64,000 nt of DNA, from the NCBI GenBank assembly GCA_021613535.1, contig CP075496.1, positions 4,402,001-4,466,000 of the forward strand, in the 5' to 3' direction. The position numbers were made by a program, and so were the translations under genes. Every line of letters starts with the position of its first letter. Position 1 is the first letter of the stretch. The DNA comes from Adineta vaga (Eukaryota > Animalia > Rotifera). The notes under the pieces are model-generated. The model did not search any database. It had not been told where the DNA came from and saw only the letters and a list, made by a program, of their open reading frames with translations. This document shows positions 12,762 to 26,000 of this stretch, one piece after another.

Positions 12762-14713
12762 TTAATTATTTTCGTCATCAATCTGTTCAAGATAACATGT
12801 TTCTGTAGTACCCGTCATCACATCAGCAATACATTTATCACCTATTTGTTCATACTGATATCGTTTTCTTGGATAACCCCATAATAATTCAAATTGATCA
12901 GGAACGTTAGAATTTGTCCATGCAAATTCAAATAAAAGTTTAGCAGGATCCGAACGAAGAAAACGACGACGAATAGGTTCATTAGCTGGTAAACGAATCG
13001 ATACTTGAATTGTCTCACTTTCTGTTGCAGATGGTTCATCAGGAAATGATTTTCGTATTCGATCACGAAATTCCGCAAATTCCTAAATAGAAGAGTTTTT
13101 CGAAAAACCATTTGTACATGTTTTTTTTTCAACAATACTCGAAGTTTTCTATCTTGTTTTTCTTGTAATTCTCGTTGAGTTTCTTCTAATTTACGTCGTT
13201 CATTTTCTTCTTCTAAACGTTGTTTAGCCTATTATAAACAAATAGAATTTTAATCGAAACGCGTCATAGAAACTCTTTTCAACTTGAACAAACCTTTTCT
13301 TGATCAGCACGCATTGAATCTAAATAAGCAGCATTTTGTTCTTCTAAAAGTCGATCTCTTGATGTTCGCGTATCTCGTCTTTCACTAAATTAAAATATGC
13401 TGATAAATACTTTCGAATTTCTGCCTTTCACCTACCGATTATATTGCAATGTTTGATCGGCATGTTGTACACCATTGATAACTTCTGCTAAGAATTCATC
13501 AGCATCTAAATCAATTTTTTTAGTGGATTTATAGAAATAAATTTCAATTTACCAGTATATCGATCAAGTTTAAGTTGAACAGTTTGTTGTGAACCATGAT
13601 GTGCAACAATACACAAGCAAGGAAATGAATTAGTATGTAGTAAACGACTAGCTGAAAAGAATCAGAGAGAAAGAGAAAATAAAATAAAAGCGTAAAAACA
13701 TATCAGTTACCCTGTGCCCCTTCTTGAGTATCTCTACTGGCACTCCATATAAGATTATCACCAATGGTGACACGTAAGGCATCTTCACAAAGAACTTCTC
13801 TGAAAAAGAAAAAAGAAACGAAAAGATTTATTTTGTTATTTTTCAATTCCAGTGTGTTTACCGGCAGAATCGATCACATAAAGGAGAATTTTTTTCATGT
13901 AAATAGATAAATAATAGACGAACTTCACGTTGTGCATCAACAAGTGCCTAGACTAGAATTCTTAGGAGAGAAAAAAAACTCATTCATTCATTTTACTTGA
14001 TTAAGTTTGCCACGATAAAATGCGGGATGTTGTCTACCATATTGATTATCAAAGTAGGTACAATAATCATCGATTTCTACAACAGGATCAATTGGTCTAC
14101 CACCCCATAGTAATGAGTGAACTAAATTTCAAAATAAAAAACATGATTAGAATGAAATCCATTGTTATTGTAGTCATTTTACAGAATGAAGCGATAAAAT
14201 GAAGAATTCCCCATGGTATGAATGGTTCTATTTGTAAATAAAATGCGTATAAAAATGCTAATGGCAAACGCAATAGCCGTCTAAAAGTAGAAACGTTCAT
14301 TTGAATAAAGCAAGAACATATTTCTTATTTTTAGACATACAAAATCGAATTTTCTGTATTTTGATTTGTAGTTACTGTATTAGATACAGGTCTTCGAGGA
14401 GTTGATTCATCTAAAAACGATTCAGGCATAGGTGGTGCTGATGGTATTGAATCAGTTGATAGTCTTTCGTCAACATCAAGAGCTGATGGTATATCAGTAT
14501 TAGATATTAATGCAGTTTCTATTGCCCGTTCCACATCCCAATCATGTGCAGCTAAATATTGACGGCATGTTTCAACAGAATCGATATGTGTGAATTCCTA
14601 ACAATGAAAATAGATTAGAAATGTATATTTTATTTATTATAATTTAAATCAAATTATACTCGAAAACGCGATAAAGCATTGGTTTGTTCTTCAGTGAGAT
14701 CATCAACTTCCAT
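12762..14713 (-). CDS. FAF2: FAS-associated factor 2 / UBXD8 (UBA-like, membrane hairpin, UAS, coiled coil, UBX)
   Basis: MEVDDLTEEQTNAL..CRQYLAAHDWDVERAI (UBA-like). Hydrophobic segment RRLLRLPLAFLYAFY. PAFYRGKLNQALVDAQREVRLLFIYLH..CDRFCREVLC (UAS). C-terminal UBX IRLPANEPIRRRF..LWGYPRKR. Confidence 0.85.
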
Positions 14714-15214
14714 GATACAGATACAGAAATTATTGAGGGTTATAATAAAAGAGTTCCTTTTTTGGTATTGATAATCTAAATAAATGTTCTAATCATCATC
14801 ATTCATTATCATCATCATATCGTCGAATACCGAACAAGTATTCGTCCAATCATAAATTATACGAATGAAATAAATGTTGTCTATTAACACATTTTATTGA
14901 GAAATAAAAATTGGAATTTTCTTTTTTTTTCATTTCATTTATTTTAGTCTTATTATTGTGTAGATGTCGCTAGGTGCAATTCATTGAATTACTTCAAACT
15001 CAACAGTAAAGAGCTACCGTTTTTTTATCTAAGAAGTAAAATGCGTGATAAACAGTGAAAGAAGATTCTTGTGTTTTATTTTATATCATTGATGTCAAAC
15101 AGGAAAAAAAACATTTATCTTTTCATTTACTGAAAACTAACAATGTCAAACAAATCAAAGAATAGTAGTAAGTGAAGAATAATTGATGACGCTTTTATTC
15201 GATCAGATCGAAGG

Positions 15215-15243
15215 AGAAGAAGAAGAAGAAGAAGAAGAAGAAG
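15215..15243. repeat. (GAA)n microsatellite between FAF2 and the RILP-like gene
   Basis: Run of gaagaagaa...; it produces a spurious poly-Leu ORF on the minus strand. Confidence 0.85.
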
Positions 15244-16236
15244 AGAATTGTATTCTTTTTCGTTTCTGTATACATATCGATTATTAGTAATCGAACGAAA
15301 GAAGAAAAATTGTGATTCATTAGAAAGTTTCTTCCCTTCCTTTCCTTTCATTCATTCTTTTACATTTACGAATTGTAAAACATTCGTTGCATATGTCGTT
15401 GATGAATCGTAGAAGAAGATGACGTTCAAATAATAATGTTTACATAGTTTATGCACCGTTTTACCATTCAGTTATTTCCCCCCTTAATTTTATTCAACTT
15501 GAGACATAGTTCTTTCAACATTCTGTCTTTGTTTTTTACCATACCAATTCACTAGAGTATTCATTCAATGAATAGATAGATAGTACTGGTCGTATTCTCT
15601 TCTTCTTCGTCGTCTTTTTCTCGTATAAACACCCACACACTCTCATCCGATGTCGATGAACTATGCGTGCCGAACAAGACAATCGAACGTGTTATTCATG
15701 CATCTTATTCTTATTTTTCTCCCTCTCTCTCTCTCTCCCTTTTATACACACATTCACTTGCATTGAAGTCATGTCATCAATTTTTGTGTCAATATTAGCG
15801 TAGTTTTATTTAGAACTAGTAGCTTATCATTAACTCGAAATGTTCATTGACAAAAGATAACGTTGTGTAAAAAAATGTAAAAAAGCATGATAAGCAGAGA
15901 ATATAGACATTAAAAAACAGTGGCGAATAGGCATAGTTATTCTGCATACATAGAAACCCATATAACCGATTTATTCTTTACAATAGAAAGAAAGCACTCG
16001 ATATGAATTCTGATCCCTCTTTCCTCTGTTTTTTTTCTTTTCATTGATATTCGTGTCATCGTATAAAAAAAGGGATTAAGGTTGACACATTTCAATCATC
16101 ATCGCGAAAGAGTAACAGAGTGTGATCAAAGAAAAAAAAAGTCGAAGTGAATGTGAGATGACTGTATAAGTAACATCCCTAGTTTAAAGATAAATAGTCT
16201 AGTATATTTAATCAACTCTTCTCTTTCTCTCTGTGA

Positions 16237-18376
16237 ATGATATCAAATGTTCATCTATATCTAGATTTGTCTTCATCGTCATCATCAATCGAACATTTAC
16301 CTGATCTTATCACTCAAACTACTAACAATCATGAATCGTCGACATCAATAGATACGATACGAAAAATGACGTGTTCATCACCATTACAACAACACTATTC
16401 GGGTTTAACCGTACTCGATGTTTATGATGAAGCTGCTTTAATAGGCAAAGATTTTGAACGTATTATTGAAGGTTAATTTATCATTTTCTCTTTGATTCGA
16501 TCTTCGAAGAAAAGATTTTCTTATTTATTTAGCATATGGAACTGAAACTATTCGTGATCTTGTGCCAAAAGTGATTCGTGTACTTGAATTACTTGAATTA
16601 CAAGCTGCAAAAAATGAAAAAGATGAGGATGAGTTTCTCAAAATGAAAGCTCGTATTGAACGTTTAGAAACGGAGAAAAGTGAAACACGAGAATTACGCG
16701 ATAAATTTGATCGTGAACTTGATCTTGTTGAAGAACAGTGGCGAAAAGAAGCAGAAAATTTAATGGCACTCGTTTCAAAATTACAAGACGAAAATCGACG
16801 ATTACGTGATGAACTTGAACGAAATAATGATTTCCATAATAAATCTGATTTAGCTAGTCCATCAGAATCTATCAGTATGATTATCTACATGATGTTTTTC
16901 TTTGATTCAATCTTGAATATATGTATATATTTTATTCAATTAGGTATTACTCGTGAAGAACTTGAATGTATAAAAAATCTAACAGAAGAAAATATTCGAT
17001 TAAAACGTATTGTGAAATCAAAGGATAAGGACTTAACGCAAAAATCATTGAATATTGAAGCAGTAAGTAGATGAAACTTTGAAGAAGAATATATTGGTTT
17101 ATTATCAAATTAGGTTCAAGCACAATTGGAACGTGTTTGTAAAGCAAATTGCACATTACGTCAAAAGAATACATTTTCAGCGAATCAAACTCAACGATTA
17201 ATGGTGGAAAAATTCGATTTAGAAGTTCAATTAAAAGAAAAAGAAAATTTTATTAATCAAATGAAAGATCGTATTGGTGATGACTTGACAAGTCCAACTT
17301 CACCGACAGTACGTTATAGAAAAAGATTCCGATTAAATTATTTTATTTTTCTTCTTAAAGAATCCAATTAATGATTTAACAACACTCGAAATCAATCAAC
17401 CAAGATTTACACTTGAAGAACTACGTCAAGTATTATGGGAACGAAATGATTTAAAAACAAAATTAATGGAAGTTGAAGAAGAATTACGATTATTTAAAGA
17501 ACAGTAAATTCAATTAACTTTTTTGCATGTGTTTTCAAATTTCTGGTTTACTTATATATAGAGAAGACGATACAAATGCAGATGTTGAAGGTCCAATTCC
17601 TTTGGAACCCGATGAGAAATTATATGGTTATAAACGAGATGAATCAAAAGTTCGACAATTGTAAGTTATTATCACGTACATAGATGTAGTTCCTCTTGAC
17701 GTAGTTCTATATTCATATTTATCCCCATTGAGTTCGTACAATGTGTGTGTGCGTGTATATATGTATATCGGTTTTCTTGCAGTGTAAAAATTTGTTTATT
17801 CTTCCCTACTATTGCTTGCTTCGCAGTCGCCTCATTTTGGTAAGCAGTTGGCATGACTAAAAACAAGCTATATATGCATGTCCATGCATTGATTGATTTT
17901 GTTTTTTGTTTTCGTTTATGCATGATATTTGCATGTTTTCGTTTTTTTCTACAGACTATCCTCTATTACCCTGAAACCAGCAATGAACACGTAAGAGATA
18001 TTAAAAAAAACCCGAATATATATACTAACAATTTCAGTTTTCCTAACCTATAACTTTGTTTGGTTGCCTTTTGGCATTTTCATGCTGTTGTATTTGTTTG
18101 TGATAATTATTTGTTTTCAGTTTACGATCCTTATTTTCATCGCCAAAGAATTCATCTGCAACAGAAGAAAATTCATCCGTTGAATCATTACCAAATGCGT
18201 CCACACCAATACCGATAAATACTATTCTTAATCAGCCACAATCGACATTTTCTTCTCCATCTGTCCAATCATATAGTTCAACATCGCGACGACTTTCAAT
18301 GGAAAGTCTTTTTGGTAGTCATCGAAAAACAGCAAAACCACCCATTTCGTTACTTTCACCACCACCATCAGAATAA
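16237..18376 (+). CDS. RILPL1: RILP-like protein (RH1 and RH2 domains); true start uncertain
   Basis: RH1: LTVLDVYDEAALIGKDFERIIEAYGTETIRDLVPKVIRVLELLE. RH2: PRFTLEELRQVLWERNDLKTKLMEVEEELRLFK, followed by VEGPIPLEPDEKL. Stop TAA 18374-18376. Confidence 0.85.
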
Positions 18377-20028
18377 ATTATACGATTAGTTCCTTTTCAT
18401 ACTAATCATATTTTTTTCTACTATTTTTCTACGATTAATTTATTATTTCGTTTGTACTTTTTGTTATAATTTCATGTGCTTACACCTATGTTGTAATGTT
18501 GCCGTTGTAAATTCGTTTTATTTCAGTGGCACATGTGTAGAATTTTCTTTTGTACGAATATTTTTTTTCTCTCGTTCATTTAGCTTTCGATTTATATTTG
18601 GTGATTATCAAACAATAACAACAACATCATCACCTGAAATATTACCAACTGCACCCGGCAGTCCACATACGTTTCCCTTCAATGTTGATATTCTCAGATA
18701 AAAAAAAACTTATGAAATGTTCCTTTCCTTCTTTCTTTGTTGTGTTCTTATGATTTGATCGTATACATATATATATATATATATCTATATATTTATTTAT
18801 TTATACCAAATGCACAATCAATATCCATGCTTTGTATCTCGCTGTTGAACAGTGTACAAAAAAATTTGATAGAAGTAACTGTTCTTTTTTTTTCATGTGC
18901 GTGTGCATGTATCTTTCCGATAGAAAACAATTCGAAAAATATGAATTAGGATGTCCAGAATCGAAGTTTGAAACGAATGAATACGGTCTTTTTTCTCTTA
19001 TATGTTAATGCTTGTTTATTTTCTTGTCTCTGTATTACTAGTCGTATGTTTCTGGTTTATTATTATTACTATTTTTTTGTTCTTAGCTTTACGTTATTCT
19101 TGTTCCCGTTTACTGCAAACATATAAATAAATACATAAAATATACTGTTGTCGACGAGAAAAAAAAACAAACTAGAACGTTTCGAAAGTAAACGAAAGAA
19201 TGGATCAGACATTTCGCAAGTGTTTTTTCGATTTATTACCTATTTTGTACTGATTACTACTCACTCACATTAGTTCTTGATGTTTTATTTAGTTAAGAAG
19301 TTGTTTTGATATAAACTAAAAGTAACGCATTTTTGCTGACATACAATATTAGATATGATATAAACTTGTACTAGACTTTTGTCATTGATGATTTAATACA
19401 ATCTTTGAAGTTCTCAACTTATTGAACAAGTTGTAGTTTTAAGAAAAGAAAATATTTATATACTATTAGTTAAAATAATCCTTCCCAAAGATTAGTATCT
19501 ATTTGGTCTAATTTAATTCTGTCTTTCTATCGATATGTAATGATATTACTGAATATAATTCGTGATTACATGAAAGAATAACTGATCGTTATGGAAGTAC
19601 ATGTATATTAATAAAAATTCCGTTTTTACCGAGAAGCGCTATCTTATTATTGGTGATCATAAAACAAAAATGTGAATTATATTTTCGCGTCAAGATAAAC
19701 AAAAGAAGAATGAACAATAGATAACTTCACTCTTATATTACAAAAGAAAAACAAAAGAAGAAACGATAAAATAATTCCATAAATAAAGCAAAAGGCTGCT
19801 TTGTTTTTGATCATTGGAATGTTTCTCGTATAAATAATCACTCGGAAAAATGAGACGAGAAAAAGAAAATGTCATAAAAAGCAATAAAAATTCACATATG
19901 CCATTCAAAAAAATGTGTGAAGAAAAAATAGACTGAACCTGCAGTCAAATGAAACTAACAAACGAAAATAACCATATTTTATATGTTAGAAGAAAATAGT
20001 GTAAATCAATATCGATCATTGAAGTTAA

Positions 20029-23000
20029 CTAATTAAGAATTCCAAAAGTACTGAAATTAAAGAGGAAGCTTTATTAAAGATGATGATTTCTTTTAAATTA
20101 ATTTAACATACGGAAATCTTGAAGAAATGATAGTTTCTGTTTGTTCAGTTATTCTTGGCAACATTATATTTGGATTGTGAGCTTCAATGAATTCATCTGC
20201 TAGATCATCATCTTTTGTCATTTCCTCTAACATTTCTGTTACTAATTCTGTTTCATTGAGTTCATTTGAATCTAAAAATGCTCCAATTGGTGTTTCTATT
20301 CGATCACGTGGAAAACTATTTAATGTTCCTGTCATTCCAATCATTTGTGCTCGTGGTATCGAAGCTTTTGATAATGGTGCATGTTTATCTAAATTATCAA
20401 ATATAGTAAAATCAGCTTCGTTTGGATTTCCATCAATGTGATAAGTTGGATTAAAAGTTGTTGATGAACTCGATGGATACGTATCAGACGTCTCATTATG
20501 ATGACCATCATTTGTACTAAGACTGAAACCATCCCAATTCATTGTATTTTGACCAACTGTACCCATTATTGGAACATACGCTCGAGGAATAGAATACTTT
20601 CCTTGACCAATTGATTGTCTTGGCATTCTAGAAAAGATATTTTATAAAGAAAGAAAAACGGTGTTTTCTAACATCGCATGAATAAGAATTACTTGGGTGT
20701 GATACGTCGAAAATTTGAAACAACACGAATAATACACATAAAAATAGCCAAAATTAACAGAAGACCGGCTATTGCGCTTATGACGCCGACAATAATAATC
20801 CATTTTCTATCTTCTGATATTCGCAGATCGGGCTCTTTCGTAGAAGATTCAATACGACAAAAGTAGCCTTCGTAATCAGAATAACATCTGCATGTATCTT
20901 CTGATTCTGACAAACAAGAACCACGATCTAAAAGTTCACATTCTCGACAGCGTCTTACTGCATCGGAGAAAGTTTCTAAAAATATCACAAGAAAAAGATT
21001 ATTTATTTTAATTTTTTAGGAATAAGATAAAATTTACCTAATTTCTTCGTTTTATCATTAATAATCATACGTATGCTTGTATTATTAAGCATAATGGTAT
21101 TCTTATTAAATAATCCATTCACAAGTTTTAAACGTTCAGTTGCATTCAATGACAAATTTAATGCAATAAAATATCCAGAAATTGCTTCATATCTATTCGA
21201 AAATATACGTGGAAAAAAATAAAATCTATTTGTTGTAATCAGTGAACTAATTACTTGACTTCAGAAACTTGTACACATAATGCATCACATGTTCTATTCA
21301 TTTCAGTGATAATATTCGATATCTATTATACAAAATTTAAATATAAACTATTTATCATTTCGGACAATATTCGTTACCTCATTTTTCCAAAATAGTCATT
21401 TGAGATAATCTAATTGTTGCAGCTCGAACCATCGATTTACCAACAAATTCAGCTAAGAGCCATGTTTGAGCTATAACGAATCAATATAATAACATGATAT
21501 GAAATTTATGATGAAAAATTCAACTTACCAATTGATGAATCACACATTCCTTTCGTATAATTTACGGATGGATAACCAGGGCATTCACATGTTTCTTTAC
21601 TTGAGTTTGATACTGAGACAAGATTCATCACTGATAGTGGACATTTGCATTCACATGTTGTTGCGTCACAGTCAGCAGGAGAACTACATGCTTTTGCGCA
21701 ATCCATTGAACAATCCGTTGGTAAACATAAATTGCTTGTATTCAGAATATTTTCAAATGTATTTGCCTTGTTGCCTTATATAAGATTTTATCATGGTACT
21801 TATCTGTTTCTTTAATGTAACAAGAGAATAACATACCTCCCATCGAATAACCATATTTGCACCGACATTCGTATGATCCCTTAATGTTTGCACAATAAGT
21901 GTTAAGGTAATTTCGACAACTCATCAATGACACAACACATTCGTCAATATCAACGCAGGATCCATTCATATTCTAAAGTATCAATCATCAATGTTACAAT
22001 CTTTCAAAACAAACTATACTTCTCGCTTCTCTCCTCACCTTATAACCATCTTTACAACTACAAACATAACTTCCAACTGTATTCACACATTTAGAACTTT
22101 CTCCATCACAATTATCTGCTTGTTGTACACATTCATCAACATCTATAATCAAACACACACACATAATACATATTCTTCTTCATTCCATCATTGCTACATA
22201 CCAATGCAAACATCACTTGTTGCACTTCGTTCATAACCATTTTTACAAACACAAATTGCACTACCATTTTGTGCATCAGTAGTACAGTCTTCAGTCATAT
22301 TGTTACATTTACTAGCACTTCCTAAAAAAACAATATTACCATCAAACATTGAATACAAAACAAATCAACAGTCTTACCACATGCATCGATGAGTTGAACA
22401 CAATTTGGTGCCCGATATCCAACATCACACATACAACTCTCATTTACATGCGTTGCATTGCGATTACACACGCCATGATTACATTCACATGTTTCTCGAC
22501 AACCATAGCCATAGCTGAGATCACGACATTCTACAAACAAGATCATTCATCAGAAAGTATCATCTAGGGAATCAGTCACTTACCAACGCATCGTTGTCCA
22601 TCATTCGAAAGCTCATATCCGACATATTTCATACAGTTACACTGATATGTATCATTTATTTGATCACAAAAACCAGCACATGTCGAATCACACCACGCTA
22701 CAATGATCATCAATACAACTAAGCACTGATAATAACTAATATGGCTGACACTTACGAACACATTTGTTATTGACATTCACAGTACCATGTAAACATACTA
22801 CCAATCCACTCTCATTATCCGTACAAGTATCATTGAGACAAAGACTGGCATTGTCTAACGAAACAAAATGTGTATGAATTGAAAAAAGATTCAACTGAAT
22901 CAATGTTATCTAATCTCAGTATACATACAAGTACAAGTTCCAGTTGTATTGAAAATGGCACTACATTCACATTCATAACTACCATCATTATTGACACAAA

Positions 23001-26000
23001 CATCAACATCATTTGGACAACGACGCGAAAAACTACCATCGATGTTCGGCTCATTGCATTCGTTAATATCTGCATGGAAACGAGTACAACTAAGCATAAG
23101 GGTCAAGAGAATGAACTTACCAACACATGTTTGATTGTGAAATCGATATCCACTTGTACAGTTACATGTGAATGATCCAGGAAGATTTATACATGGACCA
23201 TGTCGACATATGGATGGATCTGATTGACATTCATCAACATCTAGATGCAATGAGAAAATGTGAATATGAAAGTAAAAAAGAAGAAGAAGAAGAGAATGGA
23301 TGTACCTTCACAAGTATAATCATCTGTAGAATGATATCCATTGATGCATGTACCATTACAATAGTAAGAACGATTTTGGAATTGTTGTTCGGTCGGCGAT
23401 AGTGAGATACATGTTGTTTGGTTGTTCCAATGAAGTGTACAAGCACTGGGAGATGCACATGCACTATAGTTGTATTCACATAGATCACCTGAAGAAAAGA
23501 AGTGACGAATGGATTCGATAGTTCGGAATAAATGTGCATACCATCGAATTGTGGTGGACAATCACATGAAGCAATCTGATAGTGAGAAGTGATGTGTGTT
23601 GTTTCCTGGAAGTCACATGTGCCATCATTAGTGCATAGACAAACGATGATATCGAAGTATTTTTGCCATGTAGAATTTGTTCCAAAGTTTACAGTTAATC
23701 TATAATAAATTTGTTTTAGTTCAATTGTGATCATCGTTTCTTTAATTTACTATCGTGAAAAATGATCATAGCTTATCGGCATACTGACACATACAGAACT
23801 ACGCATTCTATTTAAATCTGTATTTTTAGGAAGATAGATGGATGTTTGCGATAAAAGGTTTCCTCAATAACTTATTTGAAAACGATGGACGATTTCAAAA
23901 CACAGATGATGAAAAGTTTTTACTTACAGAACATCGACAAAACTAGCGATATTATTAGGAATTGGAATCGTAATATCTCCACCAACAATTGGAATGTTCA
24001 TTGTAATATTATCTGGATAGATCGTAGCATGAATACTTGTTATATTTATTTCATTATCGGCCCCAACATCAATTGGCACCGCATAACTGCGATTGGCTTT
24101 ATTGATTGGATAGATAATTTTGACGGGCGATATTAAATTAACTTTCGGTGGCATCTCAGCTAATATAAAGTAAGTCAAAAACATACAGAATTTTATTGTC
24201 AATTTTAACTTTACCAAAGATTCTTCTTGATTCTTCTAAGTTTGTCAATGCTAAAGCTGTTGTTTTACTTGTGAAAGAATTTGTTCTAATAAGATAGTCA
24301 TGAATACATTCAAAATGTGTTGAACACGTTTGATTAACAATAGTTTCATTTAATAATGGATTTGCATCGGCAAGCATAATTGATGCACCTCCATAATACC
24401 AATCTACAAATCTTCTTGGCATGATGGGTGTGCTTATATCCGGTGTATTGTCACCATATACTCTCCCTAAAATATATAGTTTTTCCAAACGTAGAATATG
24501 GATATTTTCTAAATCAGTTTACATGAACGACAAGCGTCAAGGACATCCGAATCGTTGTAGGTCGGTATGGATTGCGATGAAGATAATATAAGAACTTTCT
24601 TATTTGTTTGTCGATTGATTAAATCATCGTTGGGATCTCCATTGAAGTTACCAGCTAGACCTTCTAGAGATGTACGATATTTCTCCGGTAAAAGTAATAT
24701 ACATTCTAGATTTTCTCCTACAATTTCACATTGTAGAGCTAGACCTAGGAATAGCAAACAAGCATTTACAAATCTCGAACAAACTTGTCAAAATTTCAAA
24801 TACATACCAGACCAAAGCGTTAATGTTAATTGTGGCACTGTTTTATTCGTAATCCTCCTGATGGATTGTTTCAAACGAAAAACAGACATGTCAACATTGT
24901 TTGTTCCCGTATAATTTGCATTTGTATAGTCAAACTCGAGATCACCAGCTAGTCAGTTGTCAATGATGGACCAGTGTTCGTTGTGAAACCTTCGAAAGAA
25001 ATCAATATTTTTTATGGTCTTAACACGTACTCTGAATATCAAACAGTCTTACCGAACTTTCCGTTGTTATTACTAATCACAAAACTCACACTATCAGTGA
25101 TTATTGTATAACTTGTAAATATCGACCCATATCCTTGTGTTCGCTCTATATATGATAGTACTGGTGACACCATCACTGATCGAACATAAATTCGAAACAA
25201 ATCATCAGGGTATATCAAGTTCACATCAGAGACATTGCTAGCAGCATTGTTCTCGGCTCTCACTCGTGCTGCATCTGTTGTTTGAGCAAAGACATATAAA
25301 CCTTGAATATGACATGTATATCGACCATTATCTATTGTATTAACATGTGGATCACCAACACCACTCACTAAAACAACACTCACTCTATCATCTATCATCA
25401 TCATCATCATCATCAACAACGACAACTCACCGATTGCTGGTGCCCGATAACCTGTGCAACTACTTGCTGGATGGAGCTGATAATAAAGACGACATCTTTG
25501 CCAATTTGGAATACCATCCTGACGTGATGGCGCACAACACTGATCACTAAACAATAGCACACCCTCATCGTTTTACAGCTCCTTTCTACACCTTTCAACA
25601 GCAATGAACATACTAGAATGTGATTCGTCTCTGAGATGGATGTCGATTGAAAAGAATCTGACCATTCGATAGAACTGAACCAGCCAAATAACCAGAAGTG
25701 ATCAGATCACGCGTCACTCGATTGTAACAACATGTCTGAAATATAGAAAACAAGAATCGACATCAGTCTCCGTGTCGAATCGCAATGTGCGCATGAGTTT
25801 ACTTGTGATCTCAATAGTTTGGTAGTCCACCGAAATCGAATCCAATTGTTTGTCATTGGTCCATAACAAATGACATGCTGAGATGTTTCATAAGCTGTTT
25901 CACTGAATAGTCGACCGAAACGGCGATCGATCTGTGCTTGTGCGAGTGTGCATGGACATGGAAATCGAGGATTGTTTCTATACAAAGTCAACATTGTTAC

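Noticed and set aside
12534-12762. Very short convergent gap between the papilin-like gene and FAF2, suggesting antisense regulation
   Set aside because: Such tight packing occurs throughout this window; nothing specific supports regulation.
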